A stretch of 64,000 nucleotides of DNA. Origin: Candidatus Multivoradales bacterium (GTDB lineage: Bacteria > Acidobacteriota > Thermoanaerobaculia > Multivoradales > Multivoraceae). A program made the position numbers and the translations under genes. Under the pieces are notes generated by a model. That model made no database searches. It was not told the DNA's origin and saw only the letters and a list, made by a program, of their open reading frames with translations. The DNA is taken from the NCBI GenBank assembly GCA_965223325.1, contig CBDCWI010000002.1, positions 632,881 to 696,880 on the forward strand, written 5' to 3'. Below, in pieces: positions 56,973 through 64,000 of this stretch. How positions within the stretch are numbered: the stretch's first letter is position 1; each line of letters opens with the position of its first letter.

Positions 56973-58234
56973 CAGCTTTGGCCTCCTGTCGCGGTCGACT
57001 GCACTTTGGCAGACATCCGACGGCTGAGATAGACGACGGCCACCAAGCAGGCAGCCAGCTCAACGGCACCGGCGAGCACGAACGCCGGGCCGGCACCCAG
57101 CCGCTCGTAGATCAAGGCGCCAGCCACCGGCCCGACAGCGAAACCCGCTGAACCCGCCAGGTTGAAGCCGCCCATCGCCGCCCCGCGGGTTTCTTCATGG
57201 CTCCAATGGCCGGTCAGAGCAATCGCCGGCGGGAACATGATCGACGCCAGGATACCCAGAGCCGCCATCACCCACCACAGAGCGTAGAGACCCGAGTAGC
57301 CCACCAGGCAAAGGCCGAGCCCGTAGAGAAACGACCCGACAACGAGCGGCCGCAGCGGCCCCCAGCGATCTGTCAAGCGCCCGGTAAACGCCTGCAGAAA
57401 CGCGAAGGGTAAGAGAAAGACGGCCAGATAGCGGCCGCGGACCGCCGGGTCACCGGCGCCGAGACTCTCGAGGTAGAGCGGAAACAGGACCACGAACAGG
57501 CCAACGGTGTAGCGGTCGGCGAAGTGAAAAAGGTAAGGCAGGAGCAAGCGCGGCCGCGACACCAACGCGTCGCGCACCGAAGCGAGGCGCAGCGCCGGCA
57601 GCCGCGTGCGCGGGTCACCGACGACCAGACTCATGGCGGCGAGCACCAGAAACAGTCCACTGGCCAGGAACAGTGGCGCCTCGGGACCGAAGTGAGACGT
57701 CAGGTAGGCACCGACCGGAATGCCCATCGAGATCCCGAAGATCAAGCAGGCGCCCATGATGCCCATGTTGCGGCCGCGGCCCTCTTGGGCAGGCTCGTCG
57801 ACCACGATGGCCATCAAGCTCGACCAACCCATCACCGAGAACACCCCCTGAACGAAGCGCAGAAGAAGGAGCACGCCAACGCTCGACGCGAAGGCGAAGG
57901 ACGCATAGAGGAGGGCGGAGACCAGGAAACCAACGATCACCAACGGGCGTCGACGACCCAGACGATCGCTCGCCACCCCCCAGACCGGAGCGAACAGCAC
58001 ATAGGCCACCATTTCGGTCGAAAAGAAGAGGCTGACCTGAAACAGGCTGCCACCGAGGCCGTCGACGATCAGCGCCTCGAGTCCGATCACCGGCAGGGTG
58101 AGATTGAACATCGCCACGCCCAGGAGAAGCGACGGCAGGATCACCGTCTGGAACGGCGCCCGCGCCGGAGCTCTGAGCCTCGAGGGCGGGGGGGCGGACC
58201 GGCGTGCCGGCGTTGGCATCTGGGAAGAAGACAT
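56972..58234 (-). CDS. MFS transporter
   Basis: 12-TM pattern with MFS motif A-like DRLGRRRPL. Its stop overlaps the ddl start by 1 nt. Confidence 0.75.
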   Translation of the reverse strand: MSSSQMPTPARRSAPPPSRLRAPARAPFQTVILPSLLLGVAMFNLTLPVIGLEALIVDGLGGSLFQVSLFFSTEMVAYVLFAPVWGVASDRLGRRRPLVIVGFLVSALLYASFAFASSVGVLLLLRFVQGVFSVMGWSSLMAIVVDEPAQEGRGRNMGIMGACLIFGISMGIPVGAYLTSHFGPEAPLFLASGLFLVLAAMSLVVGDPRTRLPALRLASVRDALVSRPRLLLPYLFHFADRYTVGLFVVLFPLYLESLGAGDPAVRGRYLAVFLLPFAFLQAFTGRLTDRWGPLRPLVVGSFLYGLGLCLVGYSGLYALWWVMAALGILASIMFPPAIALTGHWSHEETRGAAMGGFNLAGSAGFAVGPVAGALIYERLGAGPAFVLAGAVELAACLVAVVYLSRRMSAKVQSTATGGQS

Positions 58235-58408
58235 AGGCGAAGGGGCACGATGCGGACGGCTTTCGGTCGTGCGGCCGTACTGTATCCGCGATCGATGGCG
58301 AGAAAGTGGCCGTCGCGTGCTCTCCAGGATCGTTCATCGGCGGGCCCGTGAGCGCTATCGGCGGCGCCCAACCCGCGGTAGGCTGGTCCCAAAACGGAGG
58401 CACGAGCC

Positions 58409-60106
58409 ATGTTCTACCGCTCCATTTCGAAATCCGTCCCGGCGGGGCGCTCCCTGCGGCTGCTCGGCATGACGTTCCTTGCGCTGGCAGCAGTCCTCTT
58501 GCTGACCACCACACGCGCCGCAGCCGAGACTGAAGAGGTGCCCCTCGCACCGCGGCTGCAGGATCTGGGAACCCACACCCACCCGATCACCACGTCGGTG
58601 CCCGACGCCCAGCGCTACTTCGATCAGGGCCTGCGCCTGACCTACGCCTTCAATCACGCCGAGGCCGAACGTTCGTACCGCGAAGCCGCGCGCTTGGATC
58701 CCGAAGCGGCAATGCCCTATTGGGGAATCGCCCTGGCTCTCGGGCCGAATATCAACGACCCGATGCCCCGCGAGCGCGAGGAGCTGGCCCTCGAAGCCCT
58801 CGCCGAAGCCAAGAAGCGTCTCGACAACGAGACCAGGCTCGAACGGCGGCTCATCGAAGCGCTGGCTGAACGCTACTCCGAGAAGGACGCCTTGGAGCGT
58901 GGCGTCGACGGCCGAGCCGACCTTGACCAGGCCTGGGTCGACGCCACCGCTGCACTCAGGAAGGAGTTTCCCGAAAACGGAGACATCGCCACCCTGCACG
59001 CCGCGGCCCTCATGAACACCATGCCCTGGAAGTACTGGAAGCCTGATGGCTCACCGGCCCCTGGCACCCTGGAGGCGATCGCGGCGATCGAGAAAGTCCT
59101 CGAACGCTGGCCCGACCACCCCGGCGCCCACCACTACTACATTCACCTGGTCGAAGCGTCCGATGATCCCGACCGAGGAATCTCGAGCGCCGAGGCCCTC
59201 GGGCCCCTGATGCCGGGTGCTGGTCACCTCGTTCATATGCCCTCGCATATCTGGATTCGTACCGGCAACTACGAAAAGGCCGCTGAAGCCAACCGCCAGG
59301 CGATTCTTGCCGACCAGGACTACATCGCGCAGTGTCAGGCCCAGGGCCTCTACCCGGTGGGCTACTACCCGCACAACATTCATTTTCTGTGGGCCTCGAC
59401 CACCTTCGGTGGCCACGAAAAGGAGGCGATCGCCGCCGCCGACAAGGTGGCAGAAAAGGTGCCTCTCGACATGCTCGACGAGTTTGGCTTCGCGCAGCGC
59501 TACCTGGTCACTCCCCTGTTCGCGCGCGTTCGCTTCGGGCGCTGGGACGAAATCCTGAGAACACCCCTGCCGGCAGAAAAACCCTTCGTCCGCGGGATCT
59601 GGCAGTACGCGCGAGCCTCGGCCTTCCTAGGAAAGAACGACCTGCGCGCGGCGCGCCGCGAAGTGCGAGCGCTGCGCAAGACTCTCCGTAACCGCGCACT
59701 CGATTCGGTCTCGGTGGCGTTTGAAAGCGGGCGCGACCTCCTGGAACTGGCGCGTTTGACCCTCGAAGGCGAAATCGACGCCGCACGCGGCAAGGAACGA
59801 AGGGCGCTAGCGAAACTCGAACGTGCGGTGGAGATGCAAGACCGGTTTGCCTACTCCGAGCCTCCGACCTGGCACTACCCGGTGCGTCACACGCTCGGCC
59901 AGGTGTTGCTCGACTTCGAGCGTCCGCTGGCGGCCGAAAAGGTGTTCCGCGAGGATCTCGACGAGAACCGCAACAACGGTTGGGCAATGCTCGGTCTCGC
60001 GGAAGCGCTCGACCAGCAGGATCGCTCTGACGAAGCACGAGCCGTGCGGGCGAAGCTCCAGGACGGTTTTTCCGGCGGCAACGGGCCGCGCTCAGCCTGG
60101 CGCTAA
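58409..60106 (+). CDS. Secreted TPR-like helical repeat protein (hypothetical)
   Basis: A signal peptide followed by a helical repeat architecture. Confidence 0.5.
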   Translation: MFYRSISKSVPAGRSLRLLGMTFLALAAVLLLTTTRAAAETEEVPLAPRLQDLGTHTHPITTSVPDAQRYFDQGLRLTYAFNHAEAERSYREAARLDPEAAMPYWGIALALGPNINDPMPREREELALEALAEAKKRLDNETRLERRLIEALAERYSEKDALERGVDGRADLDQAWVDATAALRKEFPENGDIATLHAAALMNTMPWKYWKPDGSPAPGTLEAIAAIEKVLERWPDHPGAHHYYIHLVEASDDPDRGISSAEALGPLMPGAGHLVHMPSHIWIRTGNYEKAAEANRQAILADQDYIAQCQAQGLYPVGYYPHNIHFLWASTTFGGHEKEAIAAADKVAEKVPLDMLDEFGFAQRYLVTPLFARVRFGRWDEILRTPLPAEKPFVRGIWQYARASAFLGKNDLRAARREVRALRKTLRNRALDSVSVAFESGRDLLELARLTLEGEIDAARGKERRALAKLERAVEMQDRFAYSEPPTWHYPVRHTLGQVLLDFERPLAAEKVFREDLDENRNNGWAMLGLAEALDQQDRSDEARAVRAKLQDGFSGGNGPRSAWR

Positions 60107-60139
60107 CACCTATCCGTAACGTAGATCAGAGCGGCGCCC

Positions 60140-61387
60140 CTACGGGAACACAGCACGCGCCAGCTCCACCGCCAGACTTTCCGAAAGTGCACGACCGGCC
60201 AGGGTCGGCACGAGTTGCGACCCTCTAACCGTCAAGAGGCCATTGCGCAGTGCCTCATCGAGAACGGCGACCGCTTCTGCTGCCAGATCGACGCCGAGCC
60301 AGCTCCTGGTGATCTCGAGGTCAATGCCGGCTTTCAGTCGCAGTCCCAGCAACAGATGCTCGAGCAGGAGCGCTCCGCGGTCGGGCTCTTCGAATTCCTC
60401 GACGGCGCCGCTGCCGTCCTCGAGATGCTTCCTCCATGTCTCGAGGCTCCGCCAGTTCCACCACCGCCGGTACCCATTCCAGGAGTGCGCCGATGGACCG
60501 AGACCGAGGTACGGGGTGTGAAACCAGTACTTGGGGTTGTGTTGCGAGCGCGCCGACGGCGTGCGGGCAAAGTTCGACACCTCGTAGCCTTCGTAGCCCG
60601 CCGACTCGAGAAACTGATGGGTGAACTCGAAGCGTTCGGCGCGACCCTCCTCGGCGAGCGGCAGCAGTTGACCGCGCTCCCTGGCAGTGCCGAAGGGAGT
60701 GCCGTCGTGAAAGGTGAGCTCGTAGCAGGAGAGATGGTCGGGCGAGAAGCGAATCGCGCAGGCGAGGGTACTCGCCCACTCATCATTCGACTCCTCCGGC
60801 AGGGCGTACATCAGATCGACAGACACGGTGCTAAACCCAGCAGCCAGCGCCAACTCGACAGCCCGTTCCGCTTCGCCGCCACGATGCCGGCGCCCCAGCC
60901 TTTTGAGGGCATCATCGTCGAATGCCTGGACCCCGAGGCTGAGGAACTGGATTCCGAGCTCACGCCAGACGGCGAGTGAGGCATCGCTCACGTCTTCCGG
61001 GTTCGCTTCCAGGCCGATCCAGGGGTCACGGGTGAGGCCGAGTCGCGACACGTTGTCTAGCAGACGCTTCAGTTCATTCGCACGCAGCGCCGAGGGAGTT
61101 CCGCCACCGAGGTAGAGGGTGTCGAAGGGTACGTGCTCTGGTTCGCGTTCTGACCACGGGTCGCGGGCCTTGAAGCCACCGCCTCTCCGCCATCCCTCGA
61201 CCTCTGTTTCGAGACCGGCGAGGAACACCGCATGGTCTTCCTGACGATCGCGTCGTACCGCGAAGTCGCAGTAGGGGCACACCGCGGAACAGAACGGAAC
61301 ATGCACATACAACCCGGGACGGCGAGACGGTGCACCTTCTAAGGAGGCAGACGCAGCCGACGAGTCGTTCAGCGTCGCCGCGTCCAC
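60140..61387 (-). CDS. hemW: Radical SAM heme chaperone HemW / HemN-like oxygen-independent coproporphyrinogen oxidase family
   Basis: CxxxCxxC radical SAM motif (CSAVCPYC) and a HemN-like C-terminal domain. The start is GTG at 61387 or an internal codon. Confidence 0.8.
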   Translation of the reverse strand: MDAATLNDSSAASASLEGAPSRRPGLYVHVPFCSAVCPYCDFAVRRDRQEDHAVFLAGLETEVEGWRRGGGFKARDPWSEREPEHVPFDTLYLGGGTPSALRANELKRLLDNVSRLGLTRDPWIGLEANPEDVSDASLAVWRELGIQFLSLGVQAFDDDALKRLGRRHRGGEAERAVELALAAGFSTVSVDLMYALPEESNDEWASTLACAIRFSPDHLSCYELTFHDGTPFGTARERGQLLPLAEEGRAERFEFTHQFLESAGYEGYEVSNFARTPSARSQHNPKYWFHTPYLGLGPSAHSWNGYRRWWNWRSLETWRKHLEDGSGAVEEFEEPDRGALLLEHLLLGLRLKAGIDLEITRSWLGVDLAAEAVAVLDEALRNGLLTVRGSQLVPTLAGRALSESLAVELARAVFP

Positions 61388-61992
61388 CGTCGTTCGGAAG
61401 CCGCGCGCGGCTGACGGGGGGCCGCCACCTCACTTTCGCCGAGGCGCGACAACAGATACTCCTGGACCCCGCAGCGCAGGAGGTAGCAATTGTCGACCTC
61501 GAAGCCCGGCATGCTGCGCAGCAGCTCGGGCTCCTTGATGCGCGGGCTCGGCACGGTCGAGCCCGCCGGGTCTTCGTAGTCGACCTCTTCTCCATTGACA
61601 AGATAGAAGCGCCGAGGCGCCAACGGAATCTCCTCACGGTACGAGACCATGCAGAACACCCGACCGCCCGGCTTCATCAGCGCGCGCAAACGCGCGCCGA
61701 GCACCTTGCGGTCTTCCTTCTCCAGGTAGTCGAAGAGGTCCCAGACCAGAGCCAGGTCGTAGGGCGGCAGAGCGCCCGGTAGCAGGAGAGCCTCTTCGAG
61801 CTGCGAGCGAACTCCCCGATCGGCAACCGACGACCGCAAGTCGGCGATGGTGAGATTGGCGCCGAAGCGCGACAAGAAGTCGACGTTGGAACCGGTCGCA
61901 CTGCCCAGGTCGAGTACCTTCAGTCCGGGGCCACGTGAAAGCAGATCCACGACCTCGGCGAGGGCACGACTGGCGTTGCGTACCTTGTCCAT
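61369..61992 (-). CDS. Class I SAM-dependent methyltransferase
   Basis: ATG at 61992 (verified). The product has the SAM-binding motif I (VLDLGSATG). Confidence 0.6.
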   Translation of the reverse strand: MDKVRNASRALAEVVDLLSRGPGLKVLDLGSATGSNVDFLSRFGANLTIADLRSSVADRGVRSQLEEALLLPGALPPYDLALVWDLFDYLEKEDRKVLGARLRALMKPGGRVFCMVSYREEIPLAPRRFYLVNGEEVDYEDPAGSTVPSPRIKEPELLRSMPGFEVDNCYLLRCGVQEYLLSRLGESEVAAPRQPRAASERRWTRRR

Positions 61993-62065
61993 TGCTGGTG
62001 TATCAAACTCCTTGGCCGCGAAGCGGCATTTGGCCAGGGCGATCTGTGGCGATGACCCTCGCGAC

Positions 62066-62560
62066 TCAAGCCGTCGCCGGTGATGCCCCGGGCCGACCCG
62101 CATTCGCAGACGGTGCAGCGACTGCGTCGACTTTTTCCTTGGCCTTCTTCTGCGGTGCCTTCTGCGCGGTCTTCGCTTCGACGGGGCTCATGTCCACCGC
62201 TCCTTCGAAGCGCGCTCCATCGTCGAGCGCAACTCTCGGTGCTTGCAGTTCGCCGGCGACACGACCGGTGCGACGGATCGCCAGCCCGTCAGTGGCACGC
62301 ACGTTGCCATCGACCTGACCTTCGATCACCACAGTGCGCGCCTTGATGTCGCCCTCGACATGACCCGACGCGGCCACCGTAACGTCGTATTCGACGAGCT
62401 CGATCAAGCCTTTGATCCGACCTTCGACGATCAGATCTTCGGCACCGCGGACCTCGCCTTCGAGGGTCGTCGAGGCGCCGACTCGTGACGGAGAACCGCC
62501 GCGCGAACCTGCTCCACCGATGGACCCGGTGGCACTTTCATTTCCATCTTTCTTGAACAT
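62066..62560 (-). CDS. Bactofilin-family cytoskeletal protein
   Basis: A repetitive beta-helix pattern of G and hydrophobic residues (EGRIKG..., HVEGDIKA..., GQVDGNVRA...) with a disordered Lys/Ala/Pro-rich C-terminal tail. Confidence 0.7.
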   Translation of the reverse strand: MFKKDGNESATGSIGGAGSRGGSPSRVGASTTLEGEVRGAEDLIVEGRIKGLIELVEYDVTVAASGHVEGDIKARTVVIEGQVDGNVRATDGLAIRRTGRVAGELQAPRVALDDGARFEGAVDMSPVEAKTAQKAPQKKAKEKVDAVAAPSANAGRPGASPATA

Positions 62561-62846
62561 TGGACTGGACCTCCCTTGGGCGTCAGGATGAACGTTTCAC
62601 CGCGCTGGCGGTGACGGGGCAGAAAGAGATTTATAACAACAAGACTATGATCCCGGCACGCAGCCGCGTAACGTCAACGCTGGTGGGCGCTTGCGGCTCG
62701 ATCAGCCGAATCGTTCGAGTCTATAGCCGTTTTGTGCGCCGATGCCGCTCATCGTCGAAAAAGACGGATTTCTCCGGATTTCGCCGCTCCGAGAGGCAAC
62801 CGCACACCACGACTCTGGCCGGCGCCTGGCAATCCGCAGCCAGTCG

Positions 62847-64000
62847 TCAGTCGTCAGAGCGCAGAACGGCGACGAAGGCCTCCTGCGGAATCTCGATCGA
62901 GCCCACCATCTTCATGCGCTTCTTGCCTTCTTTCTGCTTCTCGAGCAGTTTACGCTTGCGGGTGATATCGCCGCCGTAGCACTTGGCGGTGACATCCTTT
63001 CGGAAGGCTCCGATGGTCTCGCGCGCGATGATCGTGCCGCCGATGGCGCCTTGAATGGCGATCTTGAACTGCTGGCGAGGAATCGTCTCTTTGAGCTTCT
63101 CGCAGTAGCGCAGCGCTCGCGGACGCGCCTTCTCCCGGTGCACCAGCTGGGAGAGCGCATCGACCTTGTCGCCATTGACCAGTATGTCGACCTTGGCGAT
63201 ATCGGTGCGCCGGTAGTCGAGCAGCTCGTAGTCGAACGAACCATAGCCTTGAGTCACCGTCTTCAAACGATCGTAGAAGTCGAACATCACCTCGGCGAGC
63301 GGCAGTTCCGCAGTGAGCTCGACGCGGCCAACCGACAGGTAGTTGAAACTGACGTTCTCACCTCGCCGGTCGTGGCAGAGCTCCATGATGACGCCGATGT
63401 AACGCTCGGGAATCATGATCGACGCTTCGATGAACGGCTCCTCGACCCACTCGATCTGGGATGGGTCGGGGTAGTGCGACGGATTGTCGACCTCCTGAAC
63501 GTCCCCGCCTTCGAGCTTCACGCGGTATTGAACCGAAGGTGCCGACAGGACCAACGACAGGCCGTGCTCGCGCTCGAGCCGCTCTTGCACGACATCGAGG
63601 TGCAGGAGACCGAGGAAACCGCAGCGATACCCGAAGCCGAGAGCACTCGAGCTGTCCTTTTCATAGGTCAACGACGCATCGTTCAGAGCCAACTTGTCGA
63701 GCGCCGCGCTCAGGTCTTCGTACTCATCGGTCGAGATCGGATACATCGACGAGAACACCACCGACTTGGCCTCGCGGTACCCCGGAATCGGTTCGGCAGC
63801 CGGGTTGGCCTGGGTAGTGACCGTGTCGCCAACTTCTATCTCGGAGATGTTCTTGATGCCCGAGATCACGTAGCCGACGTCGCCGGCGATCAACTGCTTC
63901 CTGGGTGAGCGCTCGAGGGTGAGAATGCCAAGTTCCTCGACGTCGTGGTCGCTGCCGGTGTGCATGAGCCGAATCGCCGAACCGGATCGGAGAGTCCCCT
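62847..64000 (-). CDS. lepA: Elongation factor 4 (LepA), C-terminal part; the N-terminus lies beyond the window end
   Basis: Near-colinear match to E. coli LepA domains III-V and the C-terminal domain (NDASL.YE..SSALGFGFRCGFLGLLH; KCYGGDITRKRKLLEKQKEGKKRMK). Confidence 0.9.
   Translation of the reverse strand, partial: GTLRSGSAIRLMHTGSDHDVEELGILTLERSPRKQLIAGDVGYVISGIKNISEIEVGDTVTTQANPAAEPIPGYREAKSVVFSSMYPISTDEYEDLSAALDKLALNDASLTYEKDSSSALGFGYRCGFLGLLHLDVVQERLEREHGLSLVLSAPSVQYRVKLEGGDVQEVDNPSHYPDPSQIEWVEEPFIEASIMIPERYIGVIMELCHDRRGENVSFNYLSVGRVELTAELPLAEVMFDFYDRLKTVTQGYGSFDYELLDYRRTDIAKVDILVNGDKVDALSQLVHREKARPRALRYCEKLKETIPRQQFKIAIQGAIGGTIIARETIGAFRKDVTAKCYGGDITRKRKLLEKQKEGKKRMKMVGSIEIPQEAFVAVLRSDD

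Noticed and set aside
57524-58550. Overlapping ORFs (275 aa plus, 311 aa minus) over the MFS gene and its upstream region
   Set aside because: Both are His/Arg/Gln-rich and of low complexity. The MFS frame shows a 12-TM pattern and motif A.
1-64000. Search for tRNA/rRNA genes, CRISPR arrays, IS elements and integrases
   Set aside because: No gene-free stretch is long enough for an rRNA, or shows a cloverleaf-like conserved tRNA sequence. There are no regularly spaced direct repeats, and no transposase or integrase-like ORFs. GC content is uniform apart from short promoter islands, so I found no evidence of a horizontally acquired island.

Overview
This is a high-GC (~65-70%, strong GC3 bias) bacterial chromosomal segment carrying about 53 protein-coding genes on both strands. 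I found no rRNA, tRNA, CRISPR array, transposase or integrase. Gene content is a mix of housekeeping genes (pyrD, ggt, ddl, lepA, hemW, NDH-2, mmsA, adenosine deaminase, TrmH-like methylase) and envelope or secreted genes. The envelope set includes a CotH kinase with a lamin-tail domain, two paralogous sulfatase-like proteins, an FG-GAP protein, a DUF5916 protein, an NfeD-flotillin pair, and an ECF sigma factor with a VWA anti-sigma partner. Note that the supplied ORF track shows GTG and TTG starts as M; I checked several start codons directly in the sequence and moved some starts to internal ATGs that have a signal peptide or an RBS. Obvious antisense ORFs lying opposite recognisable genes were discarded.

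The most unusual locus is at 6000-7619. A small acidic ORF is translationally coupled to a 425-aa protein that carries two tandem, diverged copies of a His-Me-finger endonuclease-like module, and there is no secretion signal. I read this as a candidate nuclease plus inhibitor (immunity) pair that has not been described.

Other observations worth a second look:
- A CysK-rhodanese fusion gene is interrupted by a single in-frame TGA, followed immediately by a GC hairpin with GUCC in its apical loop.
- A cytochrome c (PSCyt1-like CxxCH) domain is fused to a PHM/DBH-like copper monooxygenase domain.
- Two unrelated secreted proteins share a C-terminal FxDGFESGG..WS motif.
- A condensing-enzyme gene with an N-terminal extension sits with mmsA under a divergent GlxA-type regulator.
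- A tandem octamer repeat lies in the 5' UTR of a truncated urate-hydroxylase-like membrane protein gene.
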